A stretch of DNA of 64,000 bases from Phycisphaerae bacterium (GCA_963675745.2 CAXXWX010000026.1:128001-192000); one strand, 5' to 3'. Positions 40,601-51,104 are shown, numbered from the stretch's first letter. Translations and numbers: made by a program. Notes: generated by a model from the letters alone, not told the origin.

Positions 40601-42879
40601 CGGTCTGCACGGAGTGTCACGAGCTACACGATCCGCAGAACGCCAACCTGGCGCTGGTGCGTGACGTGATCCGCAATCAGACGCTGAGTACCGACCGGCC
40701 GGTGGTGTTCACGGCGCGCAGCGGCGTTGGCAGCTTTGATGACGGCGACCCGACGGCCAACGACGGCGTCTGCCAGGTGTGTCACACCGGCACGGTGTTC
40801 CACCGTTACGACGGCTCCGGCATCGCGCACTTCGCCGGCGCGGACTGCGCGAGCTGCCATGCGCATGCCGACGGCTTCATCTCCGCCGCCGGCTCGTGCA
40901 TCGCCTGCCACAGCACGCCGCAAGGCACCCGCCTGGCGGTGGTGGCCGCGGACGGCGGTGGCGGGCACCATCTCGACGAAGCCGTGCTCAGCGACGACGA
41001 CTGCCTGGTCTGCCACGACACCAGCGCGCACCAGGAAGGCGTCGTGCGCGTCTGGTCCGACCCGACCAATCCGACGGCGGCGTTGCCGCTGACCGGTGAG
41101 GCGGCGGAACTGGTCCCGTTCTGCGACGCCTGCCACAGCGCGCTGACGCATCCGACGATCCACACGGTGGGCGCGGACTGGGAGCCGGTCTGCACGGAGT
41201 GTCACGAGCTTCACGATCCGCAGAACGCCAACCTGGCGCTGGTGCGTGACGTGATCCACAATCAGACGCTGAGTACCGACCGGCCGGTGGTGTTCACGGC
41301 GCGCACGGGCACCGGCAGCTTCGATGACGGCGACCCGACGGCCAACGACGGCGTCTGCCAGGTGTGTCACACCGACACGGTGTTCCACGTTTACGATGGC
41401 TCCGGGTCGGCGCACTTCGACGGCCAGGACTGTACGAGCTGCCACTCGCACCAGACGCACTTCTTGCTGTCCTTGAGTTCGTGCAGGGACTGCCACACGA
41501 CGATGCAGGACGATGGCGACGGCGTACCGCCGGACGGGCGGCGCGCGGTGCTGGCGGACTTTGCCCGCGCGAGCCACCACGTCTCGGCGAGCATTGCGGA
41601 CGAAGACTGCCTTGTGTGTCACGAGATGTCCCGGCACGGTCGGGGGCATGTGCGGTTGATTGACCCCGACGACGGAGTGACGGTGTATGTTCACGACCAG
41701 CTTGACGCGGATGAATTGACGCCGTTCTGCCTGCATTGCCATGACGCGAACGGCGCCACCGCCGGCAACTGGAATCAACCATTCAGCGACGGCGCGACGG
41801 TCCCGGACATCGATCAGTCAGGACGCTGGGCCACGTCGGCGCACGCGACCGGCGGAACAACGAATCCCGGGCAAGGCTGCACCGACTGCCACGGCAACGG
41901 CCACGGCTCCAATCTTCGCCACCTGCTACTGCCCGCGGACGGCTCACCAGGCACGGATAATACAAACGAGGAAGAGGGATTCTGCCTGGCGTGCCACTCA
42001 ACCGGCGTAGTCGTGAACGAAGCCGTCTCGAACGGCTGGTTCGGCGGGGTGTACGCGGACTTCACAAACGACATCGCCGCGACGCTCGGCCAGCATGCAT
42101 CACACCCGGTTGTCGATTCCGCGGATGGGCACGTCTTCGACCTGGGGCTGGGGCCGCAGGAGCTTGAGTGCACCTCTTGCCACAGCGTGCACCAGGACTC
42201 CGGCAAATACTGGGCGGCACCCAACGGGAAGACGCCGGTAACGCGCTGGGGGAGTGGCGAACTCTGGGGCGACGACGCGGGCGAAAAGGTCGGGCAGTTT
42301 GATCCGACTGGGATTTACCAGGCGCCGGCGATCGGTGAAGCGGGTTCCAACCTCTCCGGCGACCCGCTTCCGATCGGATTCGATGACGAGTCGCTGCTCA
42401 CCGCGGATGTGCTTCCGGATTACAACGCGTTCTGCCTGACCTGCCATCAGCACGCGTTCAACGGGCTCTTGGCGATCGACTGGGCGAGTGAAAAGCACGG
42501 CGCGGCCGCCGCTGAACCCGACGGACCGGCCGGTGCTGAGCTGGCAGCGCCATATGATTCGGCGGAGCGGGGCCACTATTTCCTGGCGTGCGTTGACTGT
42601 CACGAAACGCACGGCAGCGAGAACAACTGGCTGCTGAGGCGATCCGCGAATGGAGATGTCGTGTCCACGCTGTTAGCGCCGGACACAACGAACAACTGGG
42701 GTGACTTGTGTGGCAGGTGCCACCTAACCAGCCTGCTGAACACCCACCACAATAGTGACGTCTGGCGTAACAAGCTCGGCATGCCTCCGGGCAGCCCGGA
42801 TTGCCAGCGCTGCCACGAACCCGTACCCGAGGTGAGCTGCATGACGTCCGGATGCCACAACCACAACGAGTTCTTCTGA
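37684..42879 (+). CDS. Giant multiheme c-type cytochrome lipoprotein (about 1,730 aa; 46 CxxCH plus one CX4CH)
   Basis: A GGAGAG SD precedes the GTG at 37684. It has the lipobox LIAGC and a Pro/Thr-rich tether. Manual count gives 4 + 5x6 + 12 CxxCH motifs and a terminal CMTSGCH. Confidence 0.93.
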   Translation: MNLIRLRHPPSSVTRMLVTHLIVMLVLIAGCPRVSTPTAPVAPSDPATTGNDQNTGPAPTTPADETPSHPAPNEGDLSPGAEPTDTDPNNPAVADTQPGCIVCHALAQGDRRAVATLSGASAHLGTVTDAICQNCHEMTRHRSGVIRLWGSVAVKSVVLSISNDADAPTDLTAFCGNCHANTGDFRHPSDGRITCNSCHDVHAPLRGNLALIRQSVLNPTGRGTTKVVFTARSGVGSFDDGDPAANDGVCQVCHTGTVFHRYDGSGIAHFAGADCASCHSHADGFISGAGSCIACHSTPQGTRLAVVAADGGGGHHLDEAVLSDDDCLVCHDTSAHQEGVVRVWSDPTNPTAALPLTGEAAELVSFCDACHSALTHPTIHTVGADWEPVCTECHELHDPQNANLALVRDVIHNQTLSADRPVVFTARTGGGSFDDGDPAANDGVCQVCHTGTVFHRYDGSGIAHFAGADCASCHAHADGFISAAGSCIACHSTPQGTRLAVVAADGGGGHHLDEAVLSDDDCLVCHDTSAHQEGVVRVWSDPTNPTAALPLTGDSAELVPFCDACHSALTHPTIHTVGADWEPVCTECHELHDPQNANLALVRDVIHNQTLSADRPVVFTARTGTGSFDDGDPAANDGVCQVCHTGTVFHRYDGSGIAHFAGADCASCHAHADGFISAAGSCIACHSTPQGTRLAVVAADGSGGHHLDEAVLSDDDCLVCHDTSAHQEGIVRVWSDPTNPTAALPLTGEAAELVSFCDACHSALTHPTIHTVGADWEPVCTECHELHDPQNANLALVRDVIHNQTLSADRPVVFTARTGTGSFDDGDPAANDGVCQVCHTGTVFHRYDGSGIAHFAGADCASCHAHADGFISAAGSCIACHSTPQGTRLAVVAADGSGGHHLDEAVLSDDDCLVCHDTSAHQEGIVRVWSDPTNPTAALPLTGEAAELVSFCDACHSALTHPTIHTVGADWEPVCTECHELHDPQNANLALVRDVIRNQTLSTDRPVVFTARSGVGSFDDGDPTANDGVCQVCHTGTVFHRYDGSGIAHFAGADCASCHAHADGFISAAGSCIACHSTPQGTRLAVVAADGGGGHHLDEAVLSDDDCLVCHDTSAHQEGVVRVWSDPTNPTAALPLTGEAAELVPFCDACHSALTHPTIHTVGADWEPVCTECHELHDPQNANLALVRDVIHNQTLSTDRPVVFTARTGTGSFDDGDPTANDGVCQVCHTDTVFHVYDGSGSAHFDGQDCTSCHSHQTHFLLSLSSCRDCHTTMQDDGDGVPPDGRRAVLADFARASHHVSASIADEDCLVCHEMSRHGRGHVRLIDPDDGVTVYVHDQLDADELTPFCLHCHDANGATAGNWNQPFSDGATVPDIDQSGRWATSAHATGGTTNPGQGCTDCHGNGHGSNLRHLLLPADGSPGTDNTNEEEGFCLACHSTGVVVNEAVSNGWFGGVYADFTNDIAATLGQHASHPVVDSADGHVFDLGLGPQELECTSCHSVHQDSGKYWAAPNGKTPVTRWGSGELWGDDAGEKVGQFDPTGIYQAPAIGEAGSNLSGDPLPIGFDDESLLTADVLPDYNAFCLTCHQHAFNGLLAIDWASEKHGAAAAEPDGPAGAELAAPYDSAERGHYFLACVDCHETHGSENNWLLRRSANGDVVSTLLAPDTTNNWGDLCGRCHLTSLLNTHHNSDVWRNKLGMPPGSPDCQRCHEPVPEVSCMTSGCHNHNEFF
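38361..41388 (+). repeat. 585-bp (195-aa, hexaheme) near-identical tandem repeat, about 5.2 copies
   Basis: TGCCAGGTGTGTCAC (CQVCH) recurs at 38431, 39016, 39601, 40186, 40771 and 41356. Confidence 0.97.
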
Positions 42880-43006
42880 AAGCCCGAAGTCCATTCAGCC
42901 GCCGACGTATTGCCGTGCGGCGGACGCCGGTGACCCCGCATCGCGGTAACGAGCAACGATAAGCATGGGCAGGCACAGGAACCGGGTGGCCACGTCCTGC
43001 GCGCGG

Positions 43007-43219
43007 TTACGGCTGCACTTCGGCACAATCGATCAGTTCGCCGTTACGGTAGCAGAGCGTTTCCGTCGTAGTGAACATGGTCAGGTCACGCAGCAGCCAG
43101 CCGGCACCGAAGCTCGCCAGGTGCGATCCGACCAGCCACTCGGTGCAGCCGGTCGTTGCGCCAAGCAGGGTGACGGCGGCGACCGTCGCCACAAGCCATG
43201 TCTTTAGTCCGCGTCGCAT
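43007..43219 (-). CDS. Small lipoprotein-like protein (70 aa)
   Basis: It has an AGGAG SD and the signal MRRGLKTWLVATVAAVTLLGATTGC, and ends in CYRNGELIDC. Confidence 0.7.
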   Translation of the reverse strand: MRRGLKTWLVATVAAVTLLGATTGCTEWLVGSHLASFGAGWLLRDLTMFTTTETLCYRNGELIDCAEVQP

Positions 43220-43360
43220 TTTCGACTCCTGTCGCCTGGTCCGGCAGGTCTTATTCAGCCCCTGCGTGTTTCGCCGACGCCTGCTTGTGTGGGGCGGCGA
43301 CCGGCCCGAATACCGCCAATCTGCCGCAAACATCCATCCGCTCGGCGTCCTTGTCGTGTC

Positions 43361-46300
43361 CTAACGCCGATACGCGGCCCGGCGGCTGCGCCTCCGGTTA
43401 TGTCGCTTCAAGCCAACCAGCCCAAACAACACAAAGATCGGCATGATACCCAGCATGCCGCAGGCGTTAATCGGCGTGACGGTCTCAACAATGGTCAAGT
43501 CAACATCATCGACGTCGACCTCGGCCATGGTTTGGGCGGCGTTCGGTGTGGGTGTTTCCTCACAGGTGGTGCTTGCGTTCACAGTGACTTTGCCGGACAC
43601 GAGCAGTCTGAGCACCAGTTCGATCTGAACATCCTCGTCCGGGATGACGTCGCCGAGCTCGATCGTAATCTGGCCATCTTCAACATAAGCGTTGAGCGGC
43701 ATCGCCTGCGCCGCCTGTCCGGCGATCCACCACGCGGAGACGAATTCCGTATTCTCCGGCAGCGGGATTGTCAGCAGGACGTCAGTGGCAGTGCCGTTGC
43801 CGACATTCTCGACCGAGGCACCAAATGTCACTTCATCGCCGACGTAGGCATCTTCGGCGGGCGCGTCAATCCGTACGCGGAGGTCGGGTGCGGGATTGAC
43901 TGGCGGTGGTGTCTCCTCGACCGAGGTTGTGAACACAACGTCGTCGCCATACACCGTACCGGCGCTGTTGGTGGCGTAGGCGGCGACGTAGTAGGTCGTG
44001 TTTGGGTCCAGGCCGGTGATGTTACTGGCAAATACGCCGGTGCCGGTGCCATCCGTGGTCTTGTCGTCGTCGATGGTCGGATTGGTGAACGTGCTCCAGC
44101 ACACGCCACGCGTTGTGACCGCGTCACCGCCGTCGGCGGTAACATTGCCACCGGCATCGGCGGTCGTCGTGGTAATGTTGGAGATCACGGTCGTCGTTAC
44201 CGTCGGCGCGGCGTCCGCCGTGAACGACACTTGGCTACCATAGCTGGTACCGATGGCGTTCGTGGCATACGCCCGGACATAGTATGTCGTGCCGGCGGTC
44301 AGCCCTGTGATGGTGCTGGTGAACTCGCCGGTACCCGTGCCGTCAGTAGTCTTGCTGTCAGCGGTGGTCGGACTTTCCGACATGCTCCAGCACACACCGC
44401 GGACGCTGACATCGGCTCCGCCGTCATCAGCCACGGCGCCCCCCGATCGTGCAGATGTAATCGTGATGTCCGACACCGCGGCGGTTGTCACGGTCGCGAC
44501 CGTGGTGAGAGCGGCCGTGGTGAGGCTGACCTCATCACCATACGCCGTTCCCGCGGCGTTGGTCGCGTAGGCTCGGACGTAGTAAGTCGTGCCGGCGGTC
44601 AGGTCCGGTGATACTGCTCGTGAACTCTCCGGTGCCCGTACCGTCGGTCGTCTTGCTGTCAGCCGTGGTCGGGTTCTCCGACGTGCTCCAGCAAACACCA
44701 CGCGCTGTCACCGCATCGCCACCGTCGTCTGTGACATTACCGCCCGAGTCAGCGGCTGTCTCAGTGATGTTGGAGACCGCCGTCGTCGTCACCGTCGGCG
44801 CACTGTCAGCCGTGAACGAGACTTGGCTGCCGTAGCTGGTGCCGACGGCGTTCGTGGCGTACGCCCGGACATAGTACGTCGTCCCGGCGGTCAGGCCGGT
44901 GATACTGCTCGTGAACTCACCGGTTCCCGTACCGTCGGTCGTCTTGCTGTCGGCGGTCGTCGGACTCTCCGACGTGCTCCAGCAAACGCCACGCGCTGTC
45001 ACCGCGTCGCCGCCTTCGTCGTCACGTTGCCACCCGAGTCGGCGGTGGCATCGGCGACGTTGGATACGGCTGTGGTAGTTACGGTCGGCAGCGAATCTGC
45101 CGTAAACGACACTTGGCTGCCGTAGCTGGTGCCGACGGCGTTCGTCGCGTAAGCCCGAACGTAGTAAGTCGTCCCGGCGGTCAGCCCGATGATACTGCTC
45201 GTGAACTCGCCGGTTCCCGTACCGTCGGTCGTCTTGCTGTCAGCGGTCGTCGGGCTCTCCGACGTGCTCCAGCAAACGCCACGCGCCGTGACCGCGTCGC
45301 CGCCATCGTCGGTGATGTTGCCGCCCGAGTCGGCGGCTGTCTCGGTAATGTTCGAGATCGCCGTCGTCGTCACGGTCGGCGCACTGTCGGACGTAAACGA
45401 GACCTGGCTGCCGTAGCTCGTGCCGACAGCGTTGGTCGCGTAGGCCCGAACGTAGTAAGTCGTCCCGGCGGTCAGCCCGGTGATGCTGCTGGTGAACTCG
45501 CCGGTTCCCGTGCCGTCGGTCGTCTTGCTGTCGACGGTGGTCGGACTCTCCGACGTACTCCAGCAAACGCCGCGCGCTGTAACCGTGTCGCCACCTTCGT
45601 CCGTCACGTTGCCACCCGAGTCGGCGGTGGTATCGGCGACGTTGGATACGGCTGTGGTAGTTACGGTCGGCAGCGAATCTGCCGTAAACGAGACTTGGCT
45701 GCCGTAGCTGGTGCCGACGGCATTGGTCGCGTAGGCTCGGACGTGGTAAGTCGTGCCCGCGGTTAGGTCGGTGATACTGCTGGTGAACTCACCGGTTCGC
45801 CATCGGTCGTCTTGCTGTCGGCGATCGTCGGGCTCTCTGACGTGCCAGTGACGGCATCGCCGCCGTCGTCCGTGACGTTGGTCACGTCACCGTCGGTGCC
45901 GAATCCGCCGTGAATGAGACTTGGCTGCCATAGCTCGTGCCGACGGCGTTCGTGGCGTACGCCCGGACATAGTACGTCGTGCCGGCGGCTCAGGCCGGTG
46001 ATACTGCTCGTGAACTCGCCGGTCCCCGTGCCATCGGTCGTCTTGCTGTCGGCGGTGGTCGGGCTCTCTGACGTGCTCCAGCACACACCACGTGCCGTAA
46101 CCGCGTCGCCGCCATCGTCGTCACGTTGCCACCCGAGTCGGCCGTCGTCTCTGTGATGTTCGAGATCGCCGTCGTCGTCACCGTCGGTGCGCACTGTCCG
46201 CCGTGAACGAGACCTGGCTGCCGTAGCTCGTACCGACGGCGTTCGTGGCGTACGCCCGAACATAGTACGTCGTGCCGGCCGTCAGACCCGTGATGCTGCT

Positions 46301-49300
46301 CGTGAACACGCCGGTACCCGTGCCGTCGGTCGTCTTGCTGTCGGCGGTGGTCGGACTCTCCGACGTGCTCCAGCAAACGCCACGCGCCGTGACCGCGTCG
46401 CCACCATCGTCCGTCACGTTACCACCCGAATCAGCCGTCGTTTCGGTGATGTTCGTGATCGCGGTGGTGGTCACCGTCGGCGCCGAATCCGCCGTGAACG
46501 AGACCTGGCTGCCGTAGCTCGTACCGACGGCGTTCGTGGCGTACGCCCGAACATAGTACGTCGTGCCGGCCGTCAGACCCGTGATGCTGCTCGTGAACTC
46601 GCCGGTACCCGTGCCGTCGGTCGTCTTGCTGTCGGCGGTGGTCGGACTCTCCGACGTGCTCCAGCAAACGCCGCGCGCCGTGACCGTGTCGCCACCATCG
46701 TCGGTAACGTTACCACCCGAATCAGCCGTCGTTTCGGTGATGTTCGTGATCGCGGTGGTGGTCACCGTCGGCGCCGAATCCGCCGTGAATGAGACTTGGC
46801 TGCCATAGCTCGTACCGACGGCGTTCGTGGCGTACGCCCGAACATAGTACGTCGTGCCGGCCGTCAGACCCGTGATGCTGCTCGTGAACTCACCGGTTCC
46901 CGTGCCATCGGTCGTCTTGCTGTCGGCGGTGGTCGGACTCTCCGACGTGCTCCAGCAAACGCCACGCGCCGTGACCGTATCGCCGCCATCGTCGGTAACG
47001 TTACCACCCGAATCAGCCGTCGTTTCGGTGATGTTCGTGATCGCGGTGGTGGTCACCGTCGGCGCCGAATCCGCCGTGAATGAGACTTGGCTGCCATAGC
47101 TCGTGCCGACGGCGTTCGTCGCATAAGCCCGAACGTAATAAGTCGTCCCTGCGGATAGTCCAGTGATACTGCTCGTGAACTCACCGGTTCCCGTACCGTC
47201 GGTCGTCTTGCTGTCGGCGGTGGTCGGGCTCTCTGACGTGCTCCAGCAAACGCCGCGCGCCGTGACCGCATCGCCACCGTCATCCGTCACATTCCCGCCC
47301 GAGTCGGCCGTCGTCGCTGTGATGTTCGAGACGGCTGTGGTGGTCACGGTTGGCAGCGCGCTGACTGTCACATCGCGCGTATCTGTGATTTGCACCGCCG
47401 GATCACCCGCCATACCGCCGTATTCCACCACATATCCATCAAGGATGGGATCGTCGGGCAGATCGTTCCACTTTCCACCGCCGGAGGAATAAATCTCGGC
47501 GCAGTGCTCATTGCCGCCGCTGTTGTTGGGCTCCCCTGGATTCCAATTGGCAAACTGGCCGCCGACCGGCGTGCTGCCGTTCGAGAATTGCGTCCCGGCC
47601 TCGGGGCCGGTCACCCACTTCCAGACGCCCTCCACGGTTTCATCACTGCCGCCAATCCACGCGTCCGCGGCCAACTTCAGCGTAATGAAGTCGTTCTCTT
47701 CCTGCGAGGTGATGGTGGCAAGATAGCCCTGCATGCCGAACAAGGCGCTGGCGGCCGCGGCGTCCCGGGCGTCGCTCCAAGTGATCTCGTCGCTGGCGGC
47801 GTACTCGTAGAAGTGCGTGGTGCTGCCCAGTGGAATCGCCCCGCCCGCGGTGAAGGCGATCGTGCGCGTGGCCCGGCTGGCCGAGGTCGAGCTGAATGTG
47901 ACCGTGCGCAACAAGGTCTGCCAATCAGCGGCGCTGGCGGTTCCGCTGAATGAGAGGATGCCGGTGGTACCGCTGTACGACGCCGTGACGCCGCCCGGCA
48001 GCGCTCCGGTGTACGCGAGCACGTCATCCGTGTCGAAGTTGGTGGTGATGCTGACCATGAAGTCGGTGATGTCGCTGGCGACGATCTCGAGGTCGGGATC
48101 CACCGCAGCAGCGTCCCCGCCAATGAAGTAGTCCGCCGAGCCACCAGATGCTGTCACGGAGATGCCGGTAGTGAACTCGATCTCGCTGCCGTAAGCAGTG
48201 CCGACGCTGCTGGTGGCGTATGCGCGAACATAGTACGTCGTGCCGGCCGCCAGTCCGGTGATGCTGCTGGTGAACTCGCCGGTGCCGGTGCCGTCAGTCG
48301 TCTTGTCATCGCCAATGGTCGGATTGGTCGATGTGCTCCAGCACACGCCCCGAGCGCTGACGGTCTCGCCGCCGTCGTCGGTGACATTACCGCCCGAGGT
48401 AGCTGTTGTGGTGGTGATCTCCGTCACGGCGGCCGTGGTGACCGTCGGGACGGCGTTGGTCGTGAACGACACCTGGCTGCCGTAGCTCGTACCGACGCTG
48501 TTGGTGGCATAGGCCCGTACGTAGTAGGTCGTGCCCGTGGTCAGGCCGGTGATGCTGCTGGTGAACTCGCCGGTGCCCGTGCCATCGGTCGTCTTGCTGT
48601 CAGCAGTGGTCGGGCTCTCTGATGTGCTCCAGCACACGCCACGGGCCGTAACCGTGTCACCGCCGTCGGCAACGACGTCACCGCCGCCCGTAGCTGAGGT
48701 AGCGGCGATGTTACTGATGGCGGCGGTGTCCACGGTCGGAGCCTGGATGATCTCGCCCCCGTACACGGTGCAGAAGATCTCCCCGCCCTGCTCGTACACT
48801 GCGACGATATCGCCATACCGGTTGTTCAGCCCCAAACTGAGATAGTTGGCGCTGGCGATGGTGACGGCGTCGTCAAACGACGCGCCATTGTCAGTGCTGA
48901 TGGCGTATTTGACGCTGGCGCCGTCCACGTACCCGTCGATCACGTTGGAAAACGCGTCGACGGCCAACGTGCGTCCCTGACTGATCGAAGTGGTGCCAAA
49001 GGTCAGCGCCGTTTGCGAGTAGTCCGATACATCGATGCGCAGCGCGTCGCTGCCGCTGCCGCATGTGTAGAGGAAGACTCCGCCGTCGGTGGACGCCAAA
49101 ACGGTGGTGGAATACATGATCGAACCACCGGGTGTGTATGGCCCACTAAACGTGGCTCCATGGTCGGTGCTCTTGAAGACGTAGACTGTCGGGTCATCAG
49201 TCTGAACGTAGACGTCGCCCGTATCGGGATCAACGTGTACGTCGGCATACATACGCCAATCGTCCACCGTGGTCGTGCTGAACGCCCCAGAGCCGTTGCT

Positions 49301-49780
49301 GCCGTTGCGGAAGAGGGTCGCCCCATCCCTGGTTATGATGTACACATATGGGGAATCCACGGCCATGTGGACGGTGCTGGAGGCGGCCCCAAGGCTGCTC
49401 GGCGCGCTGAACGACACGCCGTTATCCGTGCTGCGTGAGAAGGTCGCCTGACCACCCTCGACCCAGGCGACGTGTACAACGCCGTCAGCGTCGACGGCAA
49501 TCTCGGCTTCCGCCGACGACGCATTGACCTGCACCGGAGCCTGGAAGCTCTCGCCGCGATTGGTGCTCCGCGCCACCCAGATGCCGCTGGGGTTGCGGTA
49601 CAGGACATAGATGGTCCCGTCCGGTGCCATCGCGACATTGCGACTCGTGTTCGGATATGCGATGCTGTTGGACGTTCCACTATCGGAAACCGGCACGTCG
49701 GCATAGAGCACTTCGGCCTGAGCCGTTGCCGCCAGCTCCAGGGCAACCAGGACCGCCCCCACCAGGTGTCGTGAAGTCAC
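43361..49780 (-). CDS. Giant surface protein (about 2,100 aa if intact): BNR/Asp-box propeller, about 14 FN3-like repeats, C-type lectin, DUF11-like domain, C-terminal CG-TM-Arg anchor; fragmented by several frameshifts at 44600-46200
   Basis: The start is AAGGAG + GTG at 49780, with a signal peptide. It has ST(D/N)xGxSF Asp boxes, 14 TTYYV(R/A)AYAT-type motifs across five ORF fragments and a lectin (WIG/EPN/WND). The tail reads NACGMLGIMPIFVLFGLVGLKRHNRRR. Confidence 0.85.
43915..47360 (-). repeat. Array of about 291-bp (97-aa) FN3-like repeats: 12 units here plus two more at about 48170-48745
   Basis: Recurring unit PTVTT...SGGNVTDDGG..VTARGVCWST..PT..D.KTTDGTGTGEFTSSITGL..GTTYYVRAYATN, with 291-nt offsets (46272/46563/46854). 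Confidence 0.93.
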
Positions 49781-50244
49781 TGTCTGTCTCCTTGGTCCAC
49801 AAGTTTGCTCGGCTCGAGTGTCCCTGCTGTGCCATGCCGCAAGCAGCAGGCGCGGCCAGTCCATGAAACAGGATGTTGCCAGAGAGTCCCGCCGCTTAGA
49901 GTGGCCGGTGCGGACAACACAAGTTCGAGCCGCCACAGCCCGTGCAGTGGCAAGAGCCGGACTGTCCCACCGGGCGCCGATCGCACTTCCGCCCTGACGG
50001 CAGCCGTCCTTCGCGTTTCCGCGGTCAGGATCTCTAGTGTCAGATCGGTACCGCAGGCCGGTGCAAAAAGTTGGAGGATTCAACGCGCTGGTTGGAGCAT
50101 CCAGGGGCAAGGTGGCCGGCCGGCTTTCGCAGGCCTAACCAGAAACACGGGGGAAGCATCTGCATGCCTGTGCCGCCGCCCATCAGGGTCTGGTTCAATG
50201 CGTCAACGTCACCTGTCGTGGCAGCAAACGCCCCGCCTGAGATG

Positions 50245-50772
50245 TCATGATCGCCGCTGAGTACTGAGCTGCTCAGTGCGCAACACGGTACCGCATTCCG
50301 GACACTGGGGTCCCGGGCAACCCCTTAGATCGTATCCACATTGAGTACACTGGCCCAGTCGTATCCTGGTGCTCAGCCGACGTTGCCTCCTCCAGACAAT
50401 CAGAACATATAGAGCAGGCTGCACCGCGAGGGCTACGAACAGAAGCCACCAGGGAAGTGCGATTCCGTTCATCACGAAACCGTCTGATTCCGCCGGGTAC
50501 GCCCAGTAAATCGAGAACAGTCCGGTATCCATGGGCTCATCACTGATCCAAGGACCTTCGTGACGTGTGATGACGCGGAAGATGCCATTGCCACAGTCTA
50601 ACGTAAGGTCTGCGTCAGATACCCGTAACCAGAGCATGCCGGTAACGTCGCCAAGACTACTCGCAATCCCCAATGTGCCCACGACGACGAGCGCCAGCAC
50701 GCCAAAGACTGCCAGCCAACGCATAACCGAAGCGACGAACGGCCCTGTAAGCCGATTCATGCGTGAGAACAT
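50245..50772 (-). CDS. Membrane protein with a C-terminal zinc ribbon
   Basis: It has two TM segments, LPWWLL and CTQCGYDLRGCPGPQCPECG. Confidence 0.8.
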   Translation of the reverse strand: MFSRMNRLTGPFVASVMRWLAVFGVLALVVVGTLGIASSLGDVTGMLWLRVSDADLTLDCGNGIFRVITRHEGPWISDEPMDTGLFSIYWAYPAESDGFVMNGIALPWWLLFVALAVQPALYVLIVWRRQRRLSTRIRLGQCTQCGYDLRGCPGPQCPECGTVLRTEQLSTQRRS

Positions 50773-50979
50773 CCGAGCACTCTTGTGTCACTTGCCAAGA
50801 AGATACTGCGAGAGCTTTCTTCTCTCTCCACAACCGTACAAACAGCACAAACAGAGTACAAGTGGGGACAGCCACGGACGCCTTGCTCCGCAGAATCACT
50901 CCGACTGCAAGGATCAAGCCGCTTGGGTCGTCGGAATCGCTAATGGTTAGCAGGCCGCCGATACGACCTGCACCGCCGA

Positions 50980-51038
50980 GGCCTGACCGGTTGGAAACCG
51001 GTCCCACAAGGCCTGACCGACCGGAGGTCGGTCCCACA
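50980..51038 (-). repeat. Two tandem GTGG-type REP-like palindromes (30-bp period)
   Basis: The minus strand reads GTGG-GACCGA-CCTCCGG-TCGGTC and GTGG-GACCGG-TTTCCAA-CCGGTC, i.e. a tetranucleotide plus hairpin with a compensatory change. Confidence 0.75.
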
Positions 51039-51104
51039 GGTTCCACAAGACGAACGCGTCGGTGTCGCCGCGGCAAGGCACAAGGCCGACCGCTTCGGTT
51101 TACG

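Noticed and set aside
38361..41388. CRISPR array or mobile-element repeats
   Set aside because: The 585-bp units are in-frame coding repeats without spacers, and no cas or transposase genes are present.
37813..41778. Long minus-strand ORFs (935 and 384 aa)
   Set aside because: These are antisense shadows of the cytochrome gene: Arg/Val/Ala-rich, with no motifs.
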